A DNA stretch of 64,000 bases from an uncultured Ruminococcus sp. (lineage in GTDB: Bacteria; Bacillota; Clostridia; Monoglobales; Monoglobaceae). Shown piece by piece: positions 19,108 to 30,937 of this stretch. Position 1 is the stretch's first letter. Each line of letters begins with the position of its first letter. The position numbers and the translations under genes were made by a program. Under the pieces are notes generated by a model that worked only from the letters and a program-made list of their open reading frames with translations, made no database searches and was not told the DNA's origin. Where the stretch lies: assembly GCA_902760955.1 (NCBI GenBank), contig CACWIG010000006.1:1354-65353 (forward strand), in the 5' to 3' direction.

Positions 19108-20205
19108 TTAATTAAAAAATTGCATTGGGTCTACAGGTGTTCCACCCAGCATAATTTCAAAATGCAGATGGGGACCTGTTGAATTTCCCGTTGAACCCAC
19201 TCTCCCTATCATATCGCCTTGAACCACCGAATCTCCTTTGCTTACGGAAATCGAACTCATATGAGCATATAATGTACTTATTCCGTCACCGTGATTTATT
19301 ATAACACAGTTACCATATCCACTGTTGACGCCTGCAAAGGATACAGTTCCGCTTGCCGCCGCAATAATTGGATCACCGTTGTTGGCGGCTATATCCGCAC
19401 CTGTATGGGGAAGAACCTTACCACTGACAGGATTGACGCGATTTGGCGAGAATTCACTTGTGATATTATGGCTGTTTACAGGCCATATAAACATTCCCGT
19501 TTCAACATCATTTACCGAAACCACTCCATCTGCCGAATACTGATTTCTAAGTTCAGTCTCCGCTCTGTTTTTGTCCTCAACATATTGAATATATGCCTTT
19601 TCGTCATCTTCAAGCTGTGCCAATACAGTTTTTAGCTCTGCTTTTTTATTTTCAAGTTCTGTCTTTGTGCTTTCAATTTCAGCCATTGCATTCTGCTGTT
19701 CAGATAAAAGCTCCTCTGCACTTGTTTTTTGACCTGCAATCTCATCGTTCACCGACTTGATTGCATTCATTATATCTCTATCGTATTCCGCAAGCTCCTT
19801 TGCTATGACAATCCTATCCGTAAAATCTGTCAAACTTTCGGCAGAAAAAATGATGTCAAGATACGACATCATTCCCTTTTCACACATAACTCGAAATCTT
19901 TTACCGCTTTCCTCGTTGTACTTCTTCTCAAGTTCTTGAGCAGCAGACATTTTTTTATCAATATCTTCCAACGCCTCTGCGGATTGGAAAATCTTTTCAT
20001 TTAATTCTCTTACTTTTTCCTCAGCGGCATTCAATTCCTGCTCAATCCTGCTCACATCCTCCAAGGTAATTTTCTTCTGCTCCCCAAGGGAATTACTGTC
20101 TGTCGGAACCGCAAAAACAAAGGTGTACGCCAGCGGTCCAAGCAAGCCGAGCACAAGAAGTGCAGCAATAGTTATTGCAATTATTCTAACCATTTTTTTG
20201 TTCAT
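19108..20205 (-). CDS. M23 family metallopeptidase with N-terminal coiled coil (EnvC-like)
   Basis: Long coiled coil, then a LytM domain (HTGADIAA..., GSTGNSTGPHLHFEI). Start set at ATG 20205 after RBS GGGGTGAG. Confidence 0.85.
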   Translation of the reverse strand: MNKKMVRIIAITIAALLVLGLLGPLAYTFVFAVPTDSNSLGEQKKITLEDVSRIEQELNAAEEKVRELNEKIFQSAEALEDIDKKMSAAQELEKKYNEESGKRFRVMCEKGMMSYLDIIFSAESLTDFTDRIVIAKELAEYDRDIMNAIKSVNDEIAGQKTSAEELLSEQQNAMAEIESTKTELENKKAELKTVLAQLEDDEKAYIQYVEDKNRAETELRNQYSADGVVSVNDVETGMFIWPVNSHNITSEFSPNRVNPVSGKVLPHTGADIAANNGDPIIAAASGTVSFAGVNSGYGNCVIINHGDGISTLYAHMSSISVSKGDSVVQGDMIGRVGSTGNSTGPHLHFEIMLGGTPVDPMQFFN

Positions 20206-20225
20206 ATATCTCACCCCCTAACAGA

Positions 20226-21113
20226 TTATTTGAAGTACCTTCCTGCAGCAGTATAGCTTCCGATTATACCAACGATAATTCCTACCGCAAAGAACATAGG
20301 TATAACAATCATTGCAGTATCACCAAGGCTGACAAAGCTGATTATGTTTGACGGCACCATAGCAGACACCTTATTTATAACAACGCCGTAGCAAGCACTT
20401 ACAGCAATTGATGCAGGTATCGCCCCCAATATTCCAAGGAGCATACCCTGTATAACAAAAGGCGCCCTTATAAAACCATCTGTTGCTCCTACAATTTTCA
20501 TAATCTTAATCTCCTCGCCGTGAGATACCATACCGAGTTTTATAGTGTTTGAGGTTATAAACACCGCAAGCAACAAGAATATCAACATTATCCATATACC
20601 AATATTTTTTATTGCTTTTGTCATCACATCAATACTACTGATAATATCCTGATTTTGGATAACCTCTTCAACGCCTGCAATCTCAGATGCTTCTTTGCTG
20701 ATTTTTTCGCTTTCTGATAGGTCAGATATTATAAGTATGTACGAATCTCTCAGAGGGTTTGTGTCGTTTGAAAAGGCATAACCATCTTTTCCGTACACTT
20801 CTTCAGTTACCTTATTAAGCCTGTCCTCACGGGAATAGAACCTGACCTCTGACACTCCGTCTATGTTTTTAAGATCGCCCTCTATATCACTGATTGAACG
20901 TCCTGCTGCATCTGCCTTTATATATACATTAATTTCACAGCTGTCACCCAGCTTATCCATAAACGCATTGACATTCAGTCCCACTGCGGCAAAAAGCCCC
21001 AATAGCATAAATGATGCCGCCATAATACAAACAGAGGCAAAACTCATCATTTTGTGAGACACAATATTTTTGCCGCCCTGCTTTATAAAATATTTAAGAT
21101 TAGTCAGCATCAC
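20226..21113 (-). CDS. ftsX: Cell-division ABC transporter permease FtsX
   Basis: 295 aa with four TM helices and a large extracytoplasmic loop. Overlaps ftsE by 4 nt. Confidence 0.9.
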   Translation of the reverse strand: MMLTNLKYFIKQGGKNIVSHKMMSFASVCIMAASFMLLGLFAAVGLNVNAFMDKLGDSCEINVYIKADAAGRSISDIEGDLKNIDGVSEVRFYSREDRLNKVTEEVYGKDGYAFSNDTNPLRDSYILIISDLSESEKISKEASEIAGVEEVIQNQDIISSIDVMTKAIKNIGIWIMLIFLLLAVFITSNTIKLGMVSHGEEIKIMKIVGATDGFIRAPFVIQGMLLGILGAIPASIAVSACYGVVINKVSAMVPSNIISFVSLGDTAMIVIPMFFAVGIIVGIIGSYTAAGRYFK

Positions 21114-21811
21114 TTGTCACCTCGGCTTTGTCGCAAATATCTTGCATTTCTTTCATCACGAATTAGTTTTCCGTCAGATAGTTCTATCACACGCTTTTGC
21201 ATTTTATCAACAACGTCTTTTGCGTGTGTTGCAACCAACACCGTTGTTCCCAGATTGTTAAATCTTTCTAAAATATCCATAATCTCATATGACGTAGCAG
21301 GGTCCAAGTTACCTGTCGGCTCGTCAGCTATAAGAATAGGCGGATTATTTGCCATAGCCCTTGCCAATGCAACCCTTTGCTGTTCACCGCCTGAGAGCTG
21401 TGACGGCAAGGACTCAGCCTTGTCAGACAAACCGACTATTGACAATATCTGAGGAACCATATGCTCTATATTCCGCTTTGGTGTTCCTACAACCTCCATT
21501 GCAAAAGCAACATTTTCAAAAACACTTTTATATGGCAACAGCTTATAATCCTGAAAGACTATGCCGATTTTACGTCTGTAGAAAGGTATTTGACGTTTTT
21601 TTATCTGGGACAGGTCTTCACCATCTACAATTATAGTGCCTTTTGTTGCAAGTTCTTCACGCAATATCAAACGTGTCACTGTTGTTTTACCTGCACCTGT
21701 AGACCCAATCAAAAACGCAAAATCACCCTTCGGTATATCAAAGCTGATATGTTCAAGAGCATTTTTGTTGGCTTTATCGTATACCATTGTAACATTATTG
21801 AACTTTATCAC
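21110..21811 (-). CDS. ftsE: Cell-division ABC transporter ATP-binding protein FtsE
   Basis: Walker A GSTGAGKTT, signature LSGGEQQR, Walker B ILIADEPTGNLD. Confidence 0.9.
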   Translation of the reverse strand: MIKFNNVTMVYDKANKNALEHISFDIPKGDFAFLIGSTGAGKTTVTRLILREELATKGTIIVDGEDLSQIKKRQIPFYRRKIGIVFQDYKLLPYKSVFENVAFAMEVVGTPKRNIEHMVPQILSIVGLSDKAESLPSQLSGGEQQRVALARAMANNPPILIADEPTGNLDPATSYEIMDILERFNNLGTTVLVATHAKDVVDKMQKRVIELSDGKLIRDERNARYLRQSRGDK

Positions 21812-21902
21812 GTTATTACACCTGCCAATCTGTCACAAAACGGAGCCTAAGAACGTGCAGATACGCAGAGTCCCCAAGCCCCGTTTAATATTATGTATTA
21901 CG

Positions 21903-22988
21903 TTAAATTCTTGTAGGTTCAGATCTTAAATACTTATTTACCATCATTGCAACCTTAAATATTATTGCATCATCAAATTCACGCAAATCAAGACCTGTAA
22001 GTTTCTTAATCTTGTCAAGTCTGTAAACAAGTGTGTTTCTGTGCACAAAGAGCTTTCTTGATGTTTCCGAAACATTCAGATTATTCTCAAAGAACTTCTG
22101 TATTGTATAAATCGTTTCGCTGTCAAGCACATTGATTGACTCCTTTTTAAATACTTCATCAAGGAACAGCTCACACAAGGTTGTGGGAAGTTGATAAATC
22201 AATCTGCCAATACCTAAGTTATCATAGCTTATGATTTGCTTTTCTGTATCAAATACCTTTCCGACTTCAAGAGCAATTCTCGACTCTCTGTAAGCGTGTC
22301 CCAACTCTGAAATGGTATCTACAACAGTTGAGATGCCGACAGATACGGTAACCATTTCCTCAGAACCCATAGTATCAAATATGTTTTGAGCAATCTTTAA
22401 AATATCTTCCTTGGTAACATTGTCAGAAAATTCTTTAATAACAACCACATCGTGGTCATCAATTCTTATGACAAAGTCACGTTTCTTATCAGGGAATAAA
22501 CTTTGAAGAACCTCAATTGCTGAATTTTCGATTGTACGCGAAATCCTGACAAGATATACAACACGCTTAACATCAATAGTTAAGTGAAGCTCTCTTGTTC
22601 TGAAAACCACATCACCCGGCAAAATATTATCAACGATAATATTCTTAACAAAGCTGTTGCGGTCGTACTTCTCGTCATAATACTGCTTCAACGTGAGGAA
22701 ATGAACCCCCAGCAAAGAGCAAGCATTTGAGGCAATCTCATCATCGCCCTCACAGAATACAAGATATTCCGTTTTATTGAAAGTTTCAATCTTCTTGTAA
22801 CTGAAATTTCCAATGCATTTAATCTCACCCGCAACATCGAATACTGTAAATATGTTATCAACAACATTACCAATACGCATTTCGTCACTGCATGCAATAA
22901 TTGTTTCCGACTCGTCAATCACACCGATAACACGCTTAATATCCTTTTTAAGCTGTGTCAATGTATTTTGAAAAAGTCTGTTCTGCAT
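21903..22988 (-). CDS. PucR/CdaR family transcriptional regulator
   Basis: C-terminal PucR HTH (NVSETSRKLFVHRNTLVYRLDKIKKLTGLDL). Start set at ATG 22988 after GGAGGTG. Confidence 0.8.
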   Translation of the reverse strand: MQNRLFQNTLTQLKKDIKRVIGVIDESETIIACSDEMRIGNVVDNIFTVFDVAGEIKCIGNFSYKKIETFNKTEYLVFCEGDDEIASNACSLLGVHFLTLKQYYDEKYDRNSFVKNIIVDNILPGDVVFRTRELHLTIDVKRVVYLVRISRTIENSAIEVLQSLFPDKKRDFVIRIDDHDVVVIKEFSDNVTKEDILKIAQNIFDTMGSEEMVTVSVGISTVVDTISELGHAYRESRIALEVGKVFDTEKQIISYDNLGIGRLIYQLPTTLCELFLDEVFKKESINVLDSETIYTIQKFFENNLNVSETSRKLFVHRNTLVYRLDKIKKLTGLDLREFDDAIIFKVAMMVNKYLRSEPTRI

Positions 22989-23162
22989 AACGCCACCTCC
23001 GAAAAACACAAAAACTACATTTAATTATCAAATCTTTCTTATTATATCTTATATTTTTCAAAATTGCAATATTTTTGTGAAAAATTCATAAAAATTTCTC
23101 ATTTTAATAAAATAGCGTACAAAAATTAAAAATTTCGTCACTAAAATTAGTATTAAAGTTCC

Positions 23163-23191
23163 TTGACAGTACACTTACATTAAGTTATAAT
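23163..23191 (+). promoter_or_regulatory. Consensus sigma-A promoter of apgM
   Basis: TTGACA (23163-23168), 17 nt, TATAAT (23186-23191). Confidence 0.6.
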
Positions 23192-23232
23192 ATTTCACGT
23201 ATAAATAAATAATTTGAAAGGAATTTACAATT

Positions 23233-24435
23233 ATGAAATATATTGTTGTATTAACAGACGGAGCGGCAGATACTCCCGTTAAAGAACTCGGTGGAAAGAC
23301 CCCCCTTGAAGCAGCACACAAGCCCAATATTGACGCTCTCGCATCTGTGAGCGAAGTCGGAACGGTTACAACTGTACCCGAAGGCTTTGCTCCCGGCAGC
23401 GACGTTGCAAACTTAGCTGTATTCGGTTACGATCCGCAGCAATATTACACAGGACGTTCTCCCCTTGAGGCAGAATCTATCGGTATTCCCTTAAAGCTGA
23501 CCGACATAACCTTCCGTGCAAATATTGTTACACTCTCAGATGATGAAGGCTACGAAAATAAGACAATGGTAGATTACAGCTCTGACGAGATAACAACCGA
23601 AGAGGCACATCAGCTTATTGATGCTGTGAACAAGGAGCTCGCTTGTGACGAATACGAATTCCACGGCGGTACAAGCTATCGTCATATTATGGTATGGCAC
23701 AATAAAGAAAATAATTTTTCTCTGACACCGCCTCACGATATATCAGGCAGGGTTGTCGGCGATTACTTGCCGAAAGACGATACAATCCGTACTCTTATGG
23801 AAAAGAGCTATGAAATATTAAAAGACCACCCCGTAAATCTTGACAGAATTAAGCGTGGCTTGCATCCTGCCAACTCTCTTTGGATATGGGGCAACGGCAC
23901 TAAGCCTGACCTTGATGTATATGAAAGCAAATTCGGCATACACGGAACTGTTATTTCGGCTGTTGACTTGATAAAGGGTATCGGTCATTGTGTGGGACTT
24001 AACGTCGTTGAGGTTGAGGGTGCTACGGGTACTGTCCACACAAATTACGACGGCAAGGCTGCAGCCGCAATTGATGCCATTAAAAACGGCAGTGATTTTG
24101 TATATATTCATCTTGAAGCATCTGACGAGGCAGGCCACAGACACGAGATAGATAACAAAGTAAAGGCAATTGAGCTGGCAGACGAAAAAATCGTTGCACC
24201 TGTTGTAAAATATCTGCGTGACTCAGGCGAAGACTTCCATATGCTCATTATGCCTGACCACCCGACTCCCCTTGCAATTATGACTCACACATCAGACCCC
24301 GTTCCTTATGTTCTGTATAAGAGTGAGGCAGAGAAAGAGCCAAAAGACGTTAAATATACTGAGGCAGATGCTGAAAAAACAGGTGTTTATGTTGAAAAAG
24401 GTCACACACTTATCAATAAGCTTTTTGGTAAATAA
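23233..24435 (+). CDS. apgM: Cofactor-independent phosphoglycerate mutase, archaeal-type (ApgM family)
   Basis: 400 aa. MKYIVVLTDGAADTP...GSDVANL...HLEASDEAGH...MPDHPTP, typical of the ApgM/metalloenzyme superfamily. Confidence 0.85.
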   Translation: MKYIVVLTDGAADTPVKELGGKTPLEAAHKPNIDALASVSEVGTVTTVPEGFAPGSDVANLAVFGYDPQQYYTGRSPLEAESIGIPLKLTDITFRANIVTLSDDEGYENKTMVDYSSDEITTEEAHQLIDAVNKELACDEYEFHGGTSYRHIMVWHNKENNFSLTPPHDISGRVVGDYLPKDDTIRTLMEKSYEILKDHPVNLDRIKRGLHPANSLWIWGNGTKPDLDVYESKFGIHGTVISAVDLIKGIGHCVGLNVVEVEGATGTVHTNYDGKAAAAIDAIKNGSDFVYIHLEASDEAGHRHEIDNKVKAIELADEKIVAPVVKYLRDSGEDFHMLIMPDHPTPLAIMTHTSDPVPYVLYKSEAEKEPKDVKYTEADAEKTGVYVEKGHTLINKLFGK

Positions 24436-24513
24436 CTTGTTTAGTGTGATAGTATAAACAAAATACATCTACACAATGAAATATAAAAAATATCAAAAAT
24501 TTAGCTTTTTTGC

Positions 24514-24542
24514 TTGCAATTTACTGCACTTTTTGGTATTAT
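24514..24542 (+). promoter_or_regulatory. Candidate sigma-A promoter of purA
   Basis: TTGCAA (24514-24519), 17 nt, TATTAT (24537-24542). Confidence 0.5.
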
Positions 24543-24579
24543 AAAGTTTGTGTCATTTATTATTTAGAATTCAATTTGA

Positions 24580-25866
<1,287 letters not shown>

Positions 25867-25897
25867 TACATTTTGTTGTTAAGAAAGGTGTGATTAT

Positions 25898-26200
25898 ATG
25901 GCTGACAAAAAAGTTAAAACTGCATCTGACAAAAAAATGCTGACATATAAGGGTAAACCGCTTTTAAGATGCGGAAACAAAATTTATTATGGCAATCCCG
26001 AAGATAAATATGTTGCGATATTCCGTCTTGAAGACCAAGAACCCCTCGAGGACTTGCAAATTTCAAAGCGTGTTATTATCGAGCTTAAAACAAACGAGGG
26101 CAAGCGTTCTCAGCTTATCCGTCAGGCAGAGCGTGACGGTTTATATAAGGCCCTTGATATCGGCATTTTCTGGCTTGAACAAGCACTTGAAAACGGCTGA
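25898..26200 (+). CDS. Hypothetical protein (100 aa)
   Basis: RBS AAAGGTG and a terminator directly downstream. No family recognised. Confidence 0.5.
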   Translation: MADKKVKTASDKKMLTYKGKPLLRCGNKIYYGNPEDKYVAIFRLEDQEPLEDLQISKRVIIELKTNEGKRSQLIRQAERDGLYKALDIGIFWLEQALENG

Positions 26201-26221
26201 TAACTCAATTTTTTGTACTTT

Positions 26222-26261
26222 AACTCCTCTCATTCATCTGTCAATGAGAGGAGTTTATTTT
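26222..26261 (+). terminator. Intrinsic terminator
   Basis: AACTCCTCTCATT-catctgtc-AATGAGAGGAGTT followed by TATTTTA. Confidence 0.7.
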
Positions 26262-26275
26262 AAATTTGCCCTCCT

Positions 26276-26379
26276 TGTGTAAATGGAGCCTTAAATTCAA
26301 AATAATTTTTTCATTGCATTTGGGCTTGGCAAATGTATGGGCGTAGGGCAATTGTTCAATAAAATTATTTTGAATTTAA
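26276..26379 (+). repeat. Family A structured intergenic element, copy 3
   Basis: ..AAATTCAAAATAATTTTTTCATTGCATTTG-GGCTTGG-CAAATGTATGGGCGTAGGGCAATTGTTCAATAAAATTATTTTGAATTTAA. The 17-nt arms are perfectly complementary. Confidence 0.75.
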
Positions 26380-26428
26380 TTTTCATATCATAAAAAATAT
26401 CGTTTATATTAAAGCAAAGGTGACATAA

Positions 26429-26803
26429 ATGAGTACAACAAACCTGATAAATTCAAATTTACATAACTCAAATAAAGGAATGCTTATCTGCAAAGATTGC
26501 GGACGTGTTATCTGTAACATCAGCGATAATCTCGACTGTTATAAGATTTCGTACATATGCAGATGCGGTTCTATGGGTTCGGCAGAGGTAAATTCCGTTA
26601 AACTCAATATTGCCGACTCCCCTTCCGCCGTCCTCAAGGGTAACCATATCATATGCCCTTGCTGTAACTTATCACTCTTGGCATTGATGCCTGAAAACTA
26701 CATCAATATCGCTTTCAGAATAAAATGCAAATGCGGTCACACATTTAATAAATTTAAAAATTATTCCGACATAAATAAGCGTTTATCTGAATATAATTTA
26801 TAA
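26429..26803 (+). CDS. Hypothetical Cys-rich (zinc-ribbon-like) protein, 124 aa
   Basis: Paired Cys motifs CKDC...CRC and CPCC...CKC. RBS AAAGGTGA. Confidence 0.5.
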   Translation: MSTTNLINSNLHNSNKGMLICKDCGRVICNISDNLDCYKISYICRCGSMGSAEVNSVKLNIADSPSAVLKGNHIICPCCNLSLLALMPENYINIAFRIKCKCGHTFNKFKNYSDINKRLSEYNL

Positions 26804-26998
26804 TAATCTGCTTTTTTGTATTTAAATTGGTTTACATAATTCTTTTTTTATTTTCAAGATATTCAAAACCATCGTTTTTTCGTTATTTTCTCCGAATAAT
26901 TTAATGCAGAATATTGCGGTGAATACAGGCTTGTTTCAGAGCATATTTTATGGCAAAATTAAATAGAATTAATTTGCAAACAAGGAGCTATAAGTATT

Positions 26999-27235
26999 AT
27001 GCGAGAAAACTTTAAATTCACAACGGAGTACGGTGACGAAAACACTGTCAAATTCACAATTGTCAAAGACGAGGATGCAGAGAGACCATACGGCATATCA
27101 GCAGTTATTTGTGAAACAGGCGAAAAACCGACAGTTGCATCAGAGCGATATTTTACATATGCTGAAGCAATAGCGGTAATTGATATGCTGTGCAGATATC
27201 AGGTTATGCCTTGCACACTCTGCGATATAATATAA
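26999..27235 (+). CDS. Hypothetical small protein (78 aa)
   Basis: RBS AAGGAG. The sequence ..RPYGISAVICETGE...YAEAIAVIDMLCRYQVMPCTLCDI resembles small conserved clostridial proteins of unknown function. Confidence 0.45.
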   Translation: MRENFKFTTEYGDENTVKFTIVKDEDAERPYGISAVICETGEKPTVASERYFTYAEAIAVIDMLCRYQVMPCTLCDII

Positions 27236-27344
27236 GCCTTCATACAATTTACAATACATAATTAAAATCACCTCTTAATCTCCATTTTGTTGTAGACAAT
27301 TAAGATTGTTTATGATAAAATAAAAGATATTAAGAGGTGATTTT

Positions 27345-30300
27345 ATGTCTGTGTGTTGGACACAAAAACAGCTTGAGGCAATAGATGCAAAAGGCAAAAA
27401 TATATTGGTCGCAGCAGCCGCGGGAAGTGGTAAAACGGCTGTATTAGTCGAGCGTATAATCAGAATGATATCAGATAAGGAAAATCCTGTTTCAGTTGAC
27501 AGATTGCTTGTTCTTACCTTTACCGATGCGGCCGCAACGGAAATGAAGCGCAAAATTGCCGCCGCTATCGACAAAAAACTTGAGGATTCACCAAATGATG
27601 TATGGCTCAAGGAACAAGCTATTAAAGTTAATTCCGCTTGCATCTCTACCATTCATTCGTTTTGCCGCAGAATAATAACCAATAACTCACATTTGACAAA
27701 TCTTCCGTCAGACTTTTCATTAATAGACGAAACCGAAAACAAAATTTTAGAGGAACGTGCTATAGACGCTGTTATGGAAAGCTATTACAGCAGGATAGAC
27801 AAAAAAGACGGCTTTCGCTCTCTTGTTATGGGATGGAGCGAAGTCAAAGGCGACAATAACTTAAGAGAAGTTGTGTCCGGCTTACATAACCTATCAAGGA
27901 GCTTTTCAAACCCGAGAAAATGGCTTTGTAATCTTTGCAATGACTATTATTCTTCGGTTAAAAACAATAATTCTATTGAAGACTCTGCGTGGTTCGCACA
28001 GATAAAAAATAGTATTTGTTCCTCTGCCGCTACAATATCAAACATATTAAGTTCCATCATCAGCATAGTAGATAAGGAAATACCCACAGACCACAAATAT
28101 TACGAATATTATTACAATATGTATCACAGCTTTTGCGATATATATTTAAAAATTGATACAAATACCGAAGAAGGCTTTGCTGAACTTTGTGAGCTTATCA
28201 GCAATTACACCATAGGCAGAGCACCGTCAAAAAACGGAGTTGAAGATATTGAGCCAAGGCTCTCATATCTCAGGGACAAGCATTTAAAAACAAATCTTGC
28301 ATCAGCACAATCTATGCTCACCATCTTTAATGACGAAAATGTCAAAAAGATTTCTGCCTGCCAACCTGCTGTCAAGGCACTTATCAACATTGTAAGGCTG
28401 ACAGAAAAGGTACATCAAAAATACAAAAGAGAGCGTTCTGCCATTGACTTTAATGACTTAGAGCATAATCTGTTTAACCTTCTGAGTGACAGGTATGGAG
28501 CAGAAACTCCGCTATGTTTAAAACTCCGTGACTATTATCACGAAATAATGATTGACGAATTTCAGGACACAAGCTGTCTGCAATTTGATATATTTAAACT
28601 TCTTTCCAAAAAAGAGGGCAATCTCTTTATGGTCGGTGATATAAAGCAGTCAATATATAAATTCAGAAATGCAGACCCCACTATATTTATTGACCTATAC
28701 AAAGCATACAAAAACGAAGATGGCGGACACCTTATTTGTCTTAACCAAAACTTTAGAAGCCGAAACGAAGTTATAAACAGTATAAATGATATATTTGAGT
28801 CTGTAATGAGTGAGGATTGCGGTGACGTCAACTATACAGACGAAGAAAGTCTTGTTTTAGGTGCATCATATCCTCAAAACAATAATTGCGAAACGGAGAT
28901 TATGATAACCGATACCTCTGACAGCGAAACACGGGACAAACTGCTTTTGGCACTTGAAACCGAAAGCATAGAGGCACGCGCAATAGCCAATCGAATACAC
29001 GACCTTGTTTGTAAGGAACATTTTATGGTATACGATAAAGATACCGACTCAATGCGTGAGGCAGAATACGGCGATATTGCTGTACTGTGTAAGACCAAGT
29101 ATGACAGAAACATAATCGAAAACGAACTTATAAACTTAGGAATTAACTCAATCACAGAGGGCGGTCAGCATTATTTGTCAACCATAGAGGTATCTACTAT
29201 TATTGCCTTTTTGCAGATTATCGACAATCCTATTCAGGATATACCTTTGATTGCGGTTATGCGTTCTGCAATATTCGGTTTTACGGCAGAAGAACTCGCT
29301 CAAATCAGAACCGCCGCCAAAGGCCGATTTTATACGGCACTTACCGAGGCGGCAAAAGATAATAAAAAAGCATCTGATTTTCTGGATATGCTGAATAATT
29401 TCAGGGCTTGCTCTAAATATATGCGCGTAGATGAGCTTGTACGCAAAATATGCAAGGACACAGGCTACTTTGCAATTGTCGGTGCAATGACGGGCGGCGA
29501 ACTCAGAAAGGCAAACCTAAAGCTTCTGCTTGAACGCTGTACTGATTTTGACAACGGCTCCCTCACAGGATTATTTAACTTTATTAAATATATCGAGATG
29601 CTAAAAAGCACCAACGAAGATTTAGTCCCTGCCAAAGAAACCTCCTCCGATAACAGCGCTGTCAGAATTATGACAATGCATAAATCAAAGGGACTTGAGT
29701 TTCCTGTGGTAATAATTTTTCAGCTTGAAAAATCATTTAACAGAAGCGGCTCCAACGAAAATATTATATGGGACGTAAAAAGCGGCATAGGTATGGACTA
29801 CGTGGATATAAGGCAAAGGGTACGCTTTGAGATGCCCAGCCGTGAGCTTATAAAAAACAACATACTCACCGCCTCTGCCTCAGAAGAAATGCGTCTTTTG
29901 TATGTTGCAATGACAAGGGCAAAGGAAAAACTTATTTTGTCATCATCACTGTTGCCAAAATCCTCAAGGTCAGGCAATGATTGGGTTAAAGCAGAATACG
30001 ATAGCGAGCATCACCTACTGCCGTTTATAGTAAAAAATATGAAAAATATGCGTGATTGGATATACGCATCGCTGTTAAATCATTCCGACGGCAAAATCTT
30101 GCGTGATATCGCAGACAGAGGCGATATAATTCCTCGCACCGACACAAATGGTTCGTTTAAAATATATACAGTAGATTTTAATAATAATTCAAATATCAGC
30201 GACTCTGTTACCGATGTGGATAATGAAGATATTACCAATACCGACTTTAACTCTGATGCTATAGACTATGTATATCCATACTTGCATCTGAATACGTTGC

Positions 30301-30923
30301 CCATAAAGCTGTCTGTCAGCGAATTAAAAAGACGGCGTATGCCCGAAGACAACAATGTCAGCTACTTAAACTCAGTACCGAGCACTCTTACAACCACAGA
30401 GGACTATGGTGCGGCAGAGATAGGAACCATCACACACTTTTTTTTACAGCATATTGATATTCACAAAACAGATACACTTGATGATTTAGAACAACAGCTT
30501 GACGAAATGGTGAAAAAGTCTGTATTAAACACCAGTCAGAAAAATGCTGTTGACATAGACTCTGTTTACAGATTTTTTGAAAGCGATTTGGGAAAGAGAT
30601 TAAAGTCGGCAGATAGGTTTGAAAGGGAATACGATTTTTATATGCTTGTTCCGCCTACGGAACTTGATGAGAGTATCAACACAGATATGTCAGATGACAT
30701 TATTCTTCAAGGTATAGCCGATTGCTTTTTCTTTGAAAATGACGGCATTGTACTGATAGATTACAAGACAGACCGAGTAAGCGAAAACAATGCTGTAAAA
30801 CGTGCTGAAAGCTACAAAACACAAATTGAATATTATTCAGCAGGTCTGTCAGCTATATTTGACTTACCTGTTAAGGAGCGTTATATATACTTTTTAAACT
30901 GCAAAAGAGCGGTTAAATTATAA
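27345..30923 (+). CDS. addA: ATP-dependent helicase/nuclease subunit A (AddA; UvrD-type helicase plus C-terminal PD-(D/E)XK nuclease)
   Basis: 1192 aa. Walker A AAAGSGKT, helicase motifs (MIDEFQDT, FMVGDIKQSIYKFR, TMHKSKGLEF, LLYVAMTRAKEKL) and C-terminal nuclease GIADCFFFENDGIVLIDYKTD. Confidence 0.85.
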   Translation: MSVCWTQKQLEAIDAKGKNILVAAAAGSGKTAVLVERIIRMISDKENPVSVDRLLVLTFTDAAATEMKRKIAAAIDKKLEDSPNDVWLKEQAIKVNSACISTIHSFCRRIITNNSHLTNLPSDFSLIDETENKILEERAIDAVMESYYSRIDKKDGFRSLVMGWSEVKGDNNLREVVSGLHNLSRSFSNPRKWLCNLCNDYYSSVKNNNSIEDSAWFAQIKNSICSSAATISNILSSIISIVDKEIPTDHKYYEYYYNMYHSFCDIYLKIDTNTEEGFAELCELISNYTIGRAPSKNGVEDIEPRLSYLRDKHLKTNLASAQSMLTIFNDENVKKISACQPAVKALINIVRLTEKVHQKYKRERSAIDFNDLEHNLFNLLSDRYGAETPLCLKLRDYYHEIMIDEFQDTSCLQFDIFKLLSKKEGNLFMVGDIKQSIYKFRNADPTIFIDLYKAYKNEDGGHLICLNQNFRSRNEVINSINDIFESVMSEDCGDVNYTDEESLVLGASYPQNNNCETEIMITDTSDSETRDKLLLALETESIEARAIANRIHDLVCKEHFMVYDKDTDSMREAEYGDIAVLCKTKYDRNIIENELINLGINSITEGGQHYLSTIEVSTIIAFLQIIDNPIQDIPLIAVMRSAIFGFTAEELAQIRTAAKGRFYTALTEAAKDNKKASDFLDMLNNFRACSKYMRVDELVRKICKDTGYFAIVGAMTGGELRKANLKLLLERCTDFDNGSLTGLFNFIKYIEMLKSTNEDLVPAKETSSDNSAVRIMTMHKSKGLEFPVVIIFQLEKSFNRSGSNENIIWDVKSGIGMDYVDIRQRVRFEMPSRELIKNNILTASASEEMRLLYVAMTRAKEKLILSSSLLPKSSRSGNDWVKAEYDSEHHLLPFIVKNMKNMRDWIYASLLNHSDGKILRDIADRGDIIPRTDTNGSFKIYTVDFNNNSNISDSVTDVDNEDITNTDFNSDAIDYVYPYLHLNTLPIKLSVSELKRRRMPEDNNVSYLNSVPSTLTTTEDYGAAEIGTITHFFLQHIDIHKTDTLDDLEQQLDEMVKKSVLNTSQKNAVDIDSVYRFFESDLGKRLKSADRFEREYDFYMLVPPTELDESINTDMSDDIILQGIADCFFFENDGIVLIDYKTDRVSENNAVKRAESYKTQIEYYSAGLSAIFDLPVKERYIYFLNCKRAVKL

Positions 30924-30937
30924 CAAGGGGTGAAAAA

